Shown: one piece after another, positions 1-13,179 of the stretch
Layout: each line of letters opens with the position of its first letter
Position numbering within the stretch: the stretch's first letter is position 1
Assembly (NCBI RefSeq): GCF_032444005.1
Contig: NC_091286.1
Location: 578,708,001 to 578,772,000, forward strand
DNA from: Ranitomeya imitator
Lineage: Eukaryota
Direction: 5' to 3'
DNA length: 64,000 nt
Notes under the pieces: model-generated
The model's database searches: none
Told to the model about the DNA's origin: nothing
Seen by the model: the letters and a program-made list of their open reading frames with translations, nothing else
Position numbers and translations under genes: made by a program

Positions 1-649
1 GGTTGACCCTCGGACTGCAGTGCAGCTTGAACTTATTTGGATGTTAGTCGAGGTTCTTTATCAAACATCCGCACAATCTTGCGTTGAAATCTCTTGTCAA
101 TTTCTCTTTTCCGTCCACATCTAGGGAGGTTAGCCACAGTGCCATGGGCTTTAAACTTCTTGATGACACTGCGCATGGTAGACACAGGAACATTCAGGTC
201 TTTGGAGATGGACCTGTAGCCTTGAGATTGTTCATGCCTCCTCACAATTTGGTTTCTCAAGTCCTCAGACAGTTCTTTGGTCTTCTTTCTGTTCTCCATG
301 CTCAATGTGGTACACACAAGGACACAGGACAGAGGTTGAGTCAACTTTAATCCATGTCAACTGGCTGCAAGTGTGATTTAGTTATTGCCAACACCTGTTA
401 GGTGCCACAGGTAAGTTACAGGTACTGTTAATTACACAAATTAGAGAAGCATCACATGATTTTTCGAACTTTTTTATGTTTGGTGTGGAATTATATCCAA
501 TTTGGCTTTAGGACAATTCTTTTTCTGTTTTTTCATTTAAGACAAATTAAATGAAGATAATACCAAATAGTGTTTGCAATCATTTTCAGGAAGAAAATGA
601 GTATTATCTGACAGAAATGCAGGGGTGTCAATACTTTTGGCCATGACTG
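1..649 (-). mobile_element. Tc1/mariner element, left end and N-terminal transposase fragment (runs off the window)
   Basis: ORF 33-344(-) encodes a Tc1 paired-like HTH (KELSEDLRNQIV...GYRSISKDLNVPVSTMRSVIKKF...LPRCGRKR). The terminus reads CAGTCATGGCCAAAAGTATTG on the minus strand, flanked by TA at 650-651. Confidence 0.9.
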
Positions 650-1035
650 TATATGATTAATGTAAACCATTAGCCCAGATGTAGGCGTCGCTTTATATGT
701 AGCACATTATGTTAACATGTTGGTCTATTTTCACCTTCTTCCCTAATTGGTTGTATGGATTTTAAAGTTTGTGATAAAATAAAATGTATATGACTTTTTT
801 ATACAAAATTTACCCTTTGATCATCGTTTTCTTTGGTTAGTTTTATGTGATAATTGATGATAGGTCTGTTAATCCTATAGACACTTGGGGAGGCTATATG
901 ATAGGTGACTAATTTGTACCATGTGTCCTGGTCATACTTGCTGTTTTTGGCTAATCTTGAAATCAGGGAGTGGGCCTGTATATAGGGCTACAGGTACACA
1001 CCATGTCACCAAACACAGTGAGTATCACACTCAAC

Positions 1036-2072
1036 ATGGACCAGAGGAAGCGAAGGAAAGCGTTGTCTCAGGAGATTAGAAAGAAAATGATAGACAAACA
1101 TGTTAAAAAGGTATAAATTATAAGACCATCTCCAAACAGCTTGATGTTCCTGTGACTACAGGGGCACATATTATCCAGAAAGTTAAGATCCATGGGACTG
1201 CAGCCAATCTCTCTGGACGTGGCTGGAGGAAAACTGATGACAAATCAAAGAGACGGATAATACGAATAGTAAATAAAGAACCCAGAAAAACGTCTAAACA
1301 GACTAAAGGTGATCTTCAAGCTCAAGGAACATCAGTGTCAGATCGCATCATCCGTCATTGTATGAGCCAAAGTGGACTTCATGGGAGACGACCAAGGAGG
1401 ACACCATTGTTGAAAAAAAAAAAAAAATCAAAAAAGCCAGACTGGAATTTGCCAAACTACATGTTGACAAGCCACAAAGCTTCTGGGAGAATGTCCTATG
1501 TACAGATGAGTCAAAAATGGAAATTCTTGGCAACGCACATCAGCTCTATCCTCACAGACGGAAAAATGAAGCATATCAAGGAAAGAACACTGTCCCTACT
1601 GTGAAACATGGAGGAGGCTCTTATGTGCTGGGGCTGCTTTGCTGCATCTGGCACAGGGTGTCTAGAATCTGTGCAGGGTACAATGAAATCTCAAGACTAC
1701 CAAGGGATTCTAGAGAGAAATGTGCTGCCCAGTGTCTGAAAGCTTGGTCTCAGTCGCAGGTCATGGGTCTTGCAACAGGATAATGACCCAAAACACACTG
1801 CTAAAAACACCCAAGAATGGTTAAGAGGAAAACATTGGACTATTCTTAAGTGGCCTTCTATGAGCCCTGACCTAAATCCTATTGAGCATCTTTGGAAAGA
1901 GCTGAAACATGCCATCTTGAAAAGGCAATCGTTAAACACGAGACAACTGGAGCAGTTTGCTCTTGAAGAGTGGGCCAAAATACCTGTCGAGAATTGCAGA
2001 AATCTCATTGACAGTTACAGGAATTGTTTGATTGCAGTGATTGCCTCAAAAGGTTGTGCAATGAAATATTAA
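1036..2072 (+). pseudogene. Tc1 transposase pseudogene (frameshifted); element continues to a right TIR near 2631
   Basis: ATG at 1036. Overlapping ORFs 1152-1604, 1358-1783 and 1770-2072 carry [22 protein letters not shown] and [15 protein letters not shown] (DD34E motifs). TIR-like AGGGGTATGAACAATTTTG near 2597-2615. Confidence 0.92.
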
Positions 2073-2400
2073 AGGGACACTGTCACCTGAATTTGGAGGA
2101 AACAATCTTCAGCCATGGAGGCGGGGTTTTTGGGTGTTTGATTCACCCTTTCCTTACCCGCTGACTGCATGCTGGCTGCAATATTGGATTGAAGTTCATT
2201 CTCTGTCCTCCGTAGTACATGCCTGCTCAAGGCAATCTTGCCTTGCGCAGTCATGTACTATGGAGGACAGAGAATGAACTTCAATCCAATATTGCAGCCA
2301 TCATGCAGCCAGCGGGTAAGGAAAGGGTGAATGAAACACCCAAAAACCCCGCCTCCATGGCTGAAGATTGTTCCCTCTAAATTCAGGTGACAGTGTCCCT
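2073..2400. mobile_element. Kolobok/T2-type palindromic MITE
   Basis: TTAA at 2069-2072 and 2401-2404. Ends AGGGACACTGTCACCTGAATTT...AAATTCAGGTGACAGTGTCCCT; the arms are nearly perfect inverted repeats. Confidence 0.88.
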
Positions 2401-2834
2401 TTAAGTTAAGCATACCATCATTTCTGTTCAGGCCGATTTCATGAGTTTTATTATTTTTTTTAAATCCTGTGGAGGCATGGTTGAAAAGCAATGTCTGACT
2501 TTCATTTGTTCATTTTCATAGATTTTTTAGTTATTATTACTCTTGTCAGATTCAAGTTATTTCTGTGACCATTGTGGGTTTTTCTGTCATTAAACAAGGG
2601 GTATGAACAATTTTGCCAACATGTGCATATCAGGGTTTCCATCTAAATCTCTGAGTGACGTGATTCAGATGAAACCCCCGAGGGATCCATTTACTATAAT
2701 GAGGCAGCTAAGTTATTCTGGACTCTGGCCTCTGTTCCGTGGTTTCCTTCTTTTCAGAAGTGCGCAAAACTGTGGCAGACCATGCTTTTATGCAATCCTA
2801 AAAAGACGGACACCACCGGATCACAGGTCCTAGG

Positions 2835-3140
2835 TAGTGATGAGCGAATATACTCGTTGCCGGGTTTTCCCCGAGCACGCTCGTGTGGTCTCCGAGTATT
2901 TGTAACTGCTCGGAGATTTAATTGTTGAGGCAGCTGCACAATTTACGGCTGCTAGACAGGCTGAATACATGTGGGGGTTGCCAGGGAATCCCCACATATA
3001 TATATATTCAAGCTGTCTATCAGCCGTAAATCATGCAGCTGAGGCAAGGAAAACTAAATCTCCAAGCCGTTACAAATACTCGGTGACCATCCGAGTGTGC
3101 TCGGGAAAACCCGAGCAATGGGTACACTCGCTCATCACTA
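2835..3140. mobile_element. hAT-type palindromic MITE
   Basis: TIRs TAGTGATGAGCG...CGCTCATCACTA; 8-bp TSD GTCCTAGG/GTCCTATG (7 of 8 match). Confidence 0.85.
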
Positions 3141-3650
3141 GTCCTATGGTGTCCTCAGTGCCTCCATCTGCTTCATTATAGGGAATCTTCCACTGGAGGT
3201 TCTGTCTGAATCACATATTTCAAAGATTTACATGAAATCCCCGATGTAAGCGCCCAGCGTAGAGCGCATGATAAATGTGAGCTGCGCCTTACTGTGATCT
3301 TTGGGAGGCAGAATGAGGAAATCAACAGGAGGTGAAGAATTGGTTGCATTTATTTGTTACGCCATTCCTCGTGCGTTATATGTGATATTTTTCGGGTTGG
3401 TGCAATTACAGCTAGTTTTTGCATCGCCCTGTTTTCAGAGCTATAATTGTTCCATATTTCTGCCAACAGAGTCATGTGAAGGCTTGTTTTCACAAGAGGA
3501 GTTGGCATTTTATTGGTACCATTTTCAGTCACATTACTTTATTGCTTTCTATTCTGATTTCTGGGAGGAGGAATTGAACAAAAAAACAGAAATTCAGTAG
3601 TTTTTTTTAATGTTTTTTTATACCGTTCCGCGTGTGGTAAAATTAATATA

Positions 3651-3810
3651 GATTGTAAGCTTGCGAGCAGGGCCCTCACTCCTCTTGGTATCTATTTTGA
3701 ACTGTGTTTTTGTTACGCTGTAATATCTACTGTCTGTACAAATCCCCTCTATAATTTGTAAAGCGCTGCGGAATATGTTGGCGCTATATAAATAAAATTA
3801 TTATTATTAT
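3651..3810 (+). mobile_element. L2-type LINE/SINE 3' tail fragment
   Basis: GTAAGCTTGCGAGCAGGGCCCTC...GTAAAGCGCTGCGGAATATGTTGGCGCTATATAAATAAA followed by an (ATT)n tail, the typical amphibian L2 3' end. Confidence 0.7.
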
Positions 3811-3822
3811 AAGGCAGCTTTA

Positions 3823-4017
3823 GGCTGCCATCACACTAGCAGTATTTGGTCAGTATTTTACATCAGTATTTGTAAGCCAAAACCAGGAGTGGGTGATAAA
3901 TACAGAAGTGGTGCATATGCTTCTATTAAACTTATCCTCTAATTGTTCCACTCCTGGCTTTGGCTTACAAATACTGATGTAAAATACTGACCAAATACTG
4001 AACGTGTGACGGCAGCC
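3823..4017. mobile_element. Tourist-like (PIF/Harbinger) MITE
   Basis: TTA TSD at 3820-3822 and 4018-4020; TIRs GGCTGCCATCACAC...GTGTGACGGCAGCC; internal palindrome. Confidence 0.85.
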
Positions 4018-4146
4018 TTATTCTTCGGGTCAGTACGATTACAGTGATACCTCATTTATATAATTTTTTTATGTTTTGGTGCTTTTACACAATAAAAACT
4101 ATATTATAGGAAAATGGAGATGTTTGGCGACTTGCTTTTTTGCGAG

Positions 4147-4372
4147 ACATAGTAACACAGTTATTAAGGTTGAAGGAAGACTAAGTCCATCTAGTTCCAT
4201 ATCTTAACCTAACATGCCCTAACATGTTGATCCAGAGGAAGGCAAAAAAAAAACAAAAACAATGTGTCAAACAGTAAGCTCCACATTGGGAAAAAAAAAA
4301 TTCCTTCCTGACTTCACATACGGCAATCAGACTAGTTCCCTGGATCAACGCCCTATCAAGGAAACTAGTGTA
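4147..4372 (-). mobile_element. CR1 LINE 3' end fragment
   Basis: Begins ACATAGTAAC (same tail motif as the CR1 at 59886), followed by CR1 3'UTR/RT-end-like sequence. Confidence 0.65.
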
Positions 4373-5374
4373 TGTTTTCAGCCATACCATTGTTATTTAC
4401 ATTTCTCTTTTTGTTTGCGTTTTATCCGACTTTTTAGAAGAATGCCAAGTTATGTCTTAAAGGTCCTGTGCCCGCACACGCGTTTTCGAAGAAGGTCATT
4501 TCGTCATCATTATAGGAAGGTCTTGGGGGTGGGGGTAATGATTGAAAAAAGTCAGAAAGTTGACCAACTCTCCACAGATTCGCAAAGGGGATGGTGCAGT
4601 GATGCTGAGAAGGTCCTTTGAGGGCCAGTTTTGTCTAGCTCACCTAAAACTCATAGGAGGCACAAAACCTTATGACTGCAAAGGGGGGACCAATTGTATA
4701 TTAATTTCCTTTGGCTTTAGAAAGAGATTTTAGAAAAGCTCCTGCAGGTGCCATTGTTGTGTCCCAATTCTTCTTTTCCCCTACAGTGTATGTTGCTCTC
4801 CTTGTGGTCACTAGTGAAAGCCAATTAACTTACATTGCTCAGTTTCTGATGTTATTGAGAAGCATTGCATAGGGGGATTAAAATAAAATTGTGAAAAGAA
4901 ATACCAGCGTCCTTTACACAAATCATCATTTTACATCATATAACAATAATAGCCAAGACGAACATTAAGAAAGACGCGTTCTACTTTTCTCGTAAATAGG
5001 TCTGTATTTTAATTTTGCAAATAATACATTTTTATATGAAAAAAAAGCGACACATTGACAAATAAAATAGCTTGTTTTGTGGGTAAATTTCTCTGACAAA
5101 TATGCAAAAATTGATCTGAAGTTTCCGCAAACTGGATATGCCACATTCACAGTGCATCCAAAAAGTACCAATTAAACTATGAACATACATCCTATTAAAG
5201 GGCTATAATTTCAGAAATTGTCTATGTACAGAATCTTTACACAATCTGATATTATCAGACCTTCATATGGGAGCCTGATAAAAAAAAAAAACAACTATGA
5301 TCCAACATGTGCAATCGACATTGCAAAACATGGTGGTGTTCTGACCTGCTGGACTTGGTCTCTAATGGGCAACG

Positions 5375-6574
5375 ATAGATCCAGACATGCCGTCTACTGC
5401 GTGTATAGATCCAGACATGCCGTCTACTGCGTGTATAGATCCAGACATGCCGTCTACTGCGTGAATAGATCCAGACATGCAGTCTACTGCCTGTATAGAT
5501 CCAGACATGCCGTCTACTGCCTGTATAGATCCAGACATGCCGTCTACTGCGTGTATAGATCCAGACATGCCGTCTACTGCCTGTATAGATCCAGACATGC
5601 CGTCTACTGCGTGTATAGATCCAGACATGCCGTCTACTGCCTGAATAGATCCAGACATGCCGTCTACTGCCTGAATAGATCCAGACATGCCGTCTACTGC
5701 CTGAATAGATCCAGACATGCAGTCTACTGCCTGTATAGATCCAGACTTGCCGTCTACTGCCTGTATAGATCCAGACATGCCGACTACTGCCTGTATAGAT
5801 CCAGACATGCCGTCTACTGCCTGTATAGATCCAGACATGCCGTCTACTGCCTGTATAGATCCAGACATGCCGTCTACTGCCTGTATAGATCCAGACATGC
5901 CGTCTACTGCCTGTATAGATCCAGACATGCCGTCTACTGCCTGTATAGATCCAGACATGCCGTCTACTGCCTGTATAGATCCAGACATGCCGTCTACTGC
6001 CTGTATAGATCCAGACATGCCGTCTACTGCCTGTATAGATCCAGACATGCCGTCTACTGCCTGTATAGATCCAGACATGCCGTCTACTGCCTGTATAGAT
6101 CCAGACATGCCGTCTACTGCCTGTATAGATCCAGACATGCCGTCTACTGCCTGTATAGATCCAGACATGCCGTCTACTGCCTGTATAGATCCAGACATGC
6201 CGTCTACTGCCTGTATAGATCCAGACATGCCGTCTACTGCCTGTATAGATCCAGACATGCCGTCTACTGCCTGTATAGATCCAGACATGCCGTCTACTGC
6301 CTGTATAGATCCAGACATGCCGTCTACTGCCTGTATAGATCCAGACATGCCGTCTACTGCCTGTATAGATCCAGACATGCCGTCTACTGCCTGTATAGAT
6401 CCAGTCATGCCGTCTACTGCCTGTATAGATCCAGACATGCCGTCTACTGCCTGTATAGATCCAGACATGCCGTCTACTGCCTGTATAGATCCAGACATGC
6501 CGTCTACTGCCTGTATAGATCCAGACATGCCGTCTACTGTCTGAATAGATCCAGACATGCTGTCTACTGCCTGA
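5375..6574. repeat. 30-bp minisatellite, ~40 copies (ATAGATCCAGACATGCCGTCTACTGCCTGT)
   Basis: Direct tandem units with no spacers; 1200 bp / 30 bp. Confidence 0.98.
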
Positions 6575-6829
6575 AGTTCTGTCATGATGTGCCACGCATG
6601 CACTGCTCTCTATGGTCACTATATTTTTGTCATGGTCATGTAAGCTTATTTATCTGAATATGAACATAGCTCTACCCCTGTTATAACCTCCTGAAATATG
6701 GGACAGGACAAAAGATAGAAGGCGGCAATGTTGTGGGCTTCCAGACCAAATGAAGAGACTCCCCTGGTCACGTAGTGCGTAAAGAAGGTGGTCTTGTGGG
6801 AATAAAAAGTTTGCACAATATAATTTAAT

Positions 6830-6862
<33 letters not shown>

Positions 6863-7704
6863 TACAGTCAATCAGAAATAAAAGTTGTCGAAAAATTAAG
6901 GACCTGAAGGTTTTGCAGCAAGATGTAAAGAATGCTAATGTTAAGGGTACACGTGTAACTGCCTACTTATCTATGTAGCAACCATAGGGTACCATAGAGG
7001 TGCAGCATGGTATCTGTAAAGTGCTTGGTCACAACAAGGAGCCCTGGGTCATCTCATTAAGAGGTCTGGGCAATGTGGAACTAATGGCCCGGAGTGTAAA
7101 CTAAAACATATTTGGCCACCGTATGAACCCCTCGTCCCCTAAATCCTAGGATGCACTCTAACAGGCGGCCAAAGGGTCAACGCTATTTTGATAAGGTAGA
7201 TAAGTGGTTGCACATATGGTTTGTAAAAATACGATAACATGGTAAAATACAAAACAAAATACTGTATACAATTTATATGTTGTGTAAATAAAAATATATT
7301 TCTGAAATGCTTATAAGCAACATTTTAATTTTCCAACACCTAAAAACGGAACTTGGCTGACTGACGTATTCAACATTTTAGCTCACCCAAAATAGTGAGC
7401 CGTATGATCCAGAATGAAAAGTGATCATTAAATTTCCAAGGCAACTGGTACAGTTGTAGGATCATTCAAATCTTGAAATCCATTAGGCTCCACCAGGAGA
7501 GGGTTAAGGAACGAGTGTTGTCACATTTTTTGGGAAAGCAGCATTGTAACACACACTTCATGAATGCAGCTCCGAAGATTCTGCACAAATCTGCAGGAAG
7601 CGGCCCAGCTAATGTTCCATGGTCCCATTCCCAATACAGACCTCTCACCAGCTGCTGCTGCTCCAGACTGTAGATGCCTAATCCGGGAACAGGACCAAGT
7701 GGGT

Positions 7705-8181
7705 TCAGCCGTCGTCAGATTCAAACCCTTGGGATGTCTCTTCGGAGGAGCCGTCTTTGTGGATTCGCCCGTCACTTTTCATACTTTGGAAGGTTTTTTT
7801 GAAAGCCACCATCATAGCATGTGCCAGCTTTTTGGCTTCGATCTTGCTCTCACACTCTACTGCATGGCAATCCATCTGGAAGGTCAGGTCGTCATTGATT
7901 TCCCTGTAGACCCAGGCAAAGATGTTGGGGCTTACATTATGATCTGCGGTGCAATAGGCAATCCTTGCCACCTGGAAGGTGTCCATATGCACAGTAGCTT
8001 CGCCCTTGAGATCTTGGTGGTGTAGCCGTACCTGGAAGGGACGGATTTCAAGGATGGCATTGGAAGGAAACATATCTGCGCGAGCCAAAGTGTGCTTTTT
8101 CCACAATTCAATCACGGGTTGTTCTGTACATCCAGATGAAAACTGAACTCCCGTTGCAGATATTTTTCCCAGATACGTCAC
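7705..8181 (-). CDS. pid1: PID1 (phosphotyrosine interaction domain-containing 1 / NYGGF4), terminal coding exon
   Basis: Acceptor ttatgtctgtttcag|GTG at 8181, phase 0. Encodes VTYLGKISATGVQFSSGCTEQPVIELWKKHTLAR...VARIAYCTADHNVSPNIFAWVYREINDDLTFQMDCHAVECESKIEAKKLAHAMM...ESDDG*, which matches the vertebrate PID1 PTB/PID domain and C-terminus as I recall it. Confidence 0.96.
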   Translation of the reverse strand: MTYLGKISATGVQFSSGCTEQPVIELWKKHTLARADMFPSNAILEIRPFQVRLHHQDLKGEATVHMDTFQVARIAYCTADHNVSPNIFAWVYREINDDLTFQMDCHAVECESKIEAKKLAHAMMVAFKKTFQSMKSDGRIHKDGSSEETSQGFESDDG

Positions 8182-9027
8182 CTGAAACAGACATAAGCAG
8201 ATATTTTTAATATCTAGATGATAGCTGAACAGATCAGCAATTACATAAAAGGAAAAGTCCATTCTTATATCAATGTCACCAGGGATAACAAATAGACCCT
8301 CATTCGGATACATGTAATATGCATGATATCTTTATGGTCTATGGAGGATTTACGATTTAGTTTCTGGAAGGTGATGCAATATCCCAGAGATGTATCTAGT
8401 GGGAAGGCAGGAGAGGTATGTGCCCCAGGCGCAGCAGGAAGAGGGGCATTGTTGGGCCGCTAGATGGGGTTCAAGCTGACAACCGGCTCAGAGAAGGTGC
8501 AGCGTGGTGGCTCCCAGCTATCGATTGTACTCCCATCTTTTAGACACGAGTACAATAGAAGCCCTGACCAACAGATTAGGGCGACGTCAGTAGCTGATGC
8601 CGCAGCGGTGACATCACTGAGGTGACCAGAGCTCATTGTCTATGAACTCCGCTCACTTTTCTAATGACTCCACGAGGCACTGATGCTGCGCTAGTGATGC
8701 GCTGCTCAGTGTCTCTGTTGGCTGCCAGCCTGGACGATCACATCATGCCAGCGTTCAGCCTGGCAAATAGAGGAGGACGGAGACTCGTCCAGAGACAAAT
8801 GGATTATCTTCTCATCGGAGGTGAGGAATATGGTTGTTTATTATTTTAACTTTTTTACAGGGGACATGGGCTTCAGTAGATTAGGCGTCAAGGTGAGCAT
8901 AAATTAGCTTTTTTATTTTTTATTTAAAAAAATGTGTCAGTTTATTTTAAATAAAAGGACTTTATTCAGGTTTTTTTTTAAATTTCCAATATGACTATAG
9001 GGTTAGTAATGGAGGCATCTTATAGAC

Positions 9028-9196
9028 CAGGGGTGTCAAACTCCTGTTTTCAGGATTTCCTTGTACTGCACAGGTGATAATTTAATCACCAACTCATTAT
9101 TTGTGTAGGTGATTAAATTATCACCTGTGCAGTACAAGGAAATCCTGAAAACATGACTTGTTTGCAGCCCTCGAGGAATGCAGTTTGACAGCCCTG
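9028..9196. mobile_element. hAT (Charlie-like) palindromic MITE nested in an older repeat
   Basis: TIRs CAGGGGTGTCAAAC...GTTTGACAGCCCTG; perfect 8-bp TSD TTATAGAC at 9020-9027 and 9197-9204. Confidence 0.9.
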
Positions 9197-9769
9197 TTAT
9201 AGACGCTTCTCCATTACTAACAACTGGGCTTGATGTCAGCTGCCAATGCAAATCTGACATCAACCTCAACCCTATTACCCCACTTGCCAAAGCACAAGGG
9301 TACTGGGAAGAGTGGAGACTAAGAGCCAGAATTTACACATTTTATGGATGCGCCATTTCTGGGAGGGCTGAGAGCTGATGTTTTAATCTTGGAGGGGCCA
9401 TTATCCATGGCCCCTTCCTAGCTTATTAATATCAGCCCACAGATGTCTGCCTAGCCTTTGCTGGTTGTTAATTACATGAGGGCCCACAAATCATTTTTGT
9501 TTCTGTGTCCCCCATTTTAATAACCAGTAAAGTGTAAGCATACAGCTGGGAGGTGATCTTAATCACATGGGAGGCTCCATATTTATTACTCCCTTCCCAG
9601 GCTATAAACATTAGCCTCCAGCTGTCCGCTTTCCCTCTGCTGGTTAACAAAATTTCAGGGGATCCCACGCCATTTATTTCTGTAACTTATTGATTTATTC
9701 ATTAAATACATGAACATTAAACTACACACACTGTAATAATTATATATGTCACTGACATCTTTCTATTAT

Positions 9770-10850
9770 ATTTTTTCTATTCTACTCCGATGGGTCACGC
9801 TATAAATTTACTGTACTCAGCTGATGCAGTGTCAGGTTTTCTATGAGATCGGTGAGTAAAAATTGGACACACATGGTTTAAGTGCTGTGCAATTTTTCCT
9901 CGCACCCATTGATTTTAGTTGGCGATCCGAAATTTGCATCCACTCGCAGCATGCTGTGATTTATCAGTCCGATCGCAATCCGATCAGAGTTGATAAGAAA
10001 AAAAAATTGCAGATGAGCACTGACTCATTGAATAACATTGGTCCGAATTCAATCTGATTTTTTTTAAATCAGATTGCATTTGTCCGATTTCATTGCATGT
10101 GTGAGCGAGCCCTAAGGCCAGGGTCACACTAACGTATCACATCTGATGGGAGCACATCGGATGCAATATGGTAATAACACTCGGCTCCTGTTCTGCTAAC
10201 TTCTCCATCTCCTCCATTGCTGGGGTCCGGGGGTATTGCACTGCACTAAGGTGACATCCAAGCACAGTGCGATTTTTCACATGCACCCATAGACTTATAT
10301 GGGTGTGTGCGATCCGATTGGACCAGGAAACAAAAACATCACTGAAAACACAATCATAGGATTAAATTGGTATGTATGCAATCTGATTTTTAATTGGATT
10401 GCATTCATCCGATTTAACTGTGAGTGGGAGAGAGCCTCAAGGCCAATGTCACACTGGCGTATTGCATCCGATGCGAGATCATCGGATGCGATATGCTAAT
10501 GACACTCGGCTCCTGCTCGCAGCAGTGCAGGAGCCGAGTGTCATGCGTCTGTGCTCCGATTCTCTCGCACAGGGAGGATCAGAGCACAGCTGCGGAGGAG
10601 GCGGAGAAATGACTTTCTCCATCTCATCCATTGCTGGGGTCCACTTATAACGCACATCACTTGGATGATATCCGAGTGGTGTGCGCTGTCTCACTCGCAC
10701 GGTCACCCATAGGCTTATATGGGTGCGAGTGAGCCGAGAGTTTTCCTCGGTCCGAGACAATCGCAGCATGCAAGGAAAACGGCCGACAAAAAGTCGGCTG
10801 GTGGGAGATGCCCCATAGCTTAACATTGGTCAGAGTGCAATGCGATTTTT
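9770..10850. mobile_element. Cluster of abutting Tourist/Harbinger-type MITEs
   Basis: Ends GTGTGAGCGAGCCC|TAA|GGCCAGGGTCACAC (~10100-10130) and GTGAGTGGGAGAGCC...GGCCAATGTCACAC (~10420-10455); shared CCCATAGACTT cores. Boundaries approximate. Confidence 0.7.
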
Positions 10851-13179
10851 TTTTTTTCTAAAACGCCAGCCCAAGTGTGCAAATCACGTATGTGCTTAAG
10901 GATGGGGGGTGGACAAACTGAATTCTTGCCCCGGGTGCTGGAAAACCTAGATACACCTCTGCAATATCCCGATTGCAAAGGAAGGGATTCTAATAATAAA
11001 AACATATTTGGGAATTATTACTTTAGCATTTTACCAATATATTAGAGTGGCCTTATCACAGGTGAAACTAAGTCCCCATTCACATTATGTTTTTCAGCCA
11101 TGTGTAGCACATACGCTAGAAAAACGTTCTTGACATGAACGTTACACAGTCTGTGATGAATACTGAAGAACGGCTTCTGTTACCCATAGATTAAAATGGC
11201 TTCAGTTTATCAGGTAAGTCAATATATTTACAAGATCCATCACACATAATGGCATTAACCGTTATGTCATGATGACATTTTCATTTAGTTTTCATTAATG
11301 GTTTATTTCCATTTCGGCCTTTCATGGCTTCATCACTCCTCCAGCTCGTCACATATCAAGTAAAAAAAAAAAAAAAAGGGACAGCAACGATTTCACCACA
11401 AACTGCCTTTATTAAGCTTAAATAGAAAAACACAACTATTAATTTCTATGAAATGAATTCCAGCAATGTGTTACCTACTAAGCTGCAATTTTTATAAAAT
11501 CATTCTAGAGGACTCCTTGGCCTCCTACCCTGTAGGCCAACCCCGCACCCCCACCACGGATTGGCAGCTTTATGTTTACACTGTGCATAAGCAGAAAACT
11601 GCCAATCAGTAGTGTGGGAGGGGTTAAACAGGGCTCAGCATTCAGAGAACTGCAAGATCTGCAGCGGATGAAACAGTCTAAAATCAAAACTGCAGCAAGG
11701 AGCCCAGTAAGTGAAACGTCACTAGAATCAGGGTCTCTGCCCCTACATTATGCAGATTTCATGCACCTCCCTGATGGGGTAACAAAAATCTCATGACAGA
11801 GGATTGTATAACTTATGGTGGATGCGATAGCTTAGTCTAGCTACATACATTTATACAATTTTTATTTTAACATGTTTAGTACCAGCCTAACATGGGACAA
11901 AAAAAAAAAATAAAATAAATGCTTACTGCCAACACTCGTCAATGCAGCACTATGACACGGTTATAGGAGTATGTCGTAGAACAAAAAAAGCGATGTGATC
12001 AGCACAATAAGTAGAGTAGGTGAATTATCACGGAGCTTCCCATAAATGACAGATGGGCAGTAAGTATTGAGTATAAATTAGAATAGACCCCCAAAGCTCT
12101 TGGAAGAGCAGGGTAGGGATTTCCAGCCTATTTCCCGACCAATACACTATTTATGTCTTATTACATTCGCACGGTGTCTGTATGGGAGCCAAGAACACAA
12201 ATTGCAAGGGACGGCTCTGAAAGTCCTGGACATGGAGACTTGTGTGACAAAGCCCCGTCTGTTCAAGAGGATCTTTCCGCAGCACCGGCGGCGTCCGTGA
12301 CAAAACAGGGATATGTTTCCTCCTGTCAGTCCAGACAACACGTTCAGCTGTGAGAAAAGCACACACCGGCCCCATTCAGCGCCCGGCACACAGGCTCCGC
12401 AGCTGCATTGTACGGACAATTTACATTCCTCGGATTTCCTCCTGTCCACAGAATGGCGACGATGCGGAGAATGCCTCCCCAGCAGACAACATGGAAGGCT
12501 GCACTGGATCGGTCTCCAACAAGCTGAAACGCGTGGCCATTTTTACATCGGCGATCATGATATTCTGTTCCAAGAAATCATACAAGTCTTCTTTAAGTCA
12601 TCGTCTGTTCCTACTATGACCTTCTTTTTACATGACTACACCACACATTTCGGCCTCATTCACACCTTTGTGCCGCTTTGGCGGAGCAGTTTTTATCCAC
12701 GTGTCTATTTTTACCACCTGTGTCCCGTCTATTATTTTTGGAAGGAGGTCACCACAAGGGTCTGTTAAAAATGTACAAGTGGATTTTCACGCCTATTCAT
12801 ACGAATAAACGAGTGTGGTCCTCAAAATGGGTCAGACTAGGACTTGTTTCCAGTTTTCTCCTTGCATGTGAGCTATTGGTGTGAATGTGAACATGGCCAT
12901 AGAATAGGCATTCTGTTATTCTCCAACATGGCCGTCTCTTATTCTACTAAGACATGTACGACAAACACTGACAGGTGAATAAGATCTTACAGTAATTATG
13001 GGAAAGAATCCTTGTTGACCCTATGGGCACGGCCACGCATGCGACTCAAGTTCCATCCAATTGTGGAGTGACAATGGCCACCGCGTGGATTTTCAGTTGC
13101 ACACATCCAACAATTTCGTGAGGTTTCGCCCTCAGGGCTCGTGCACACAATTTTCTCAGACTAGTGCGCTATCCTTGGT

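Noticed and set aside
5218-6657. Long ORFs (479, 454, 413, 275 aa) and possible CRISPR-like array
   Set aside because: They are translations of a spacer-less 30-bp tandem repeat; eukaryotic context, no cas genes.
6834-6860. A27 tract as a retroposed poly(A) tail
   Set aside because: No recognisable upstream retrocopy or TSD.
7564-8025. 153-aa plus-strand ORF
   Set aside because: Antisense shadow of the pid1 terminal exon.
11700-11740. GAAACGTC motif as another hammerhead
   Set aside because: No CUGANGA-like core or stems; it belongs to a T2-type MITE interior.
12100-12770. Cluster of overlapping ORFs in unique-looking sequence
   Set aside because: No recognisable domain, no consistent splice signals or single preferred frame; may be a conserved non-coding element but cannot be supported.
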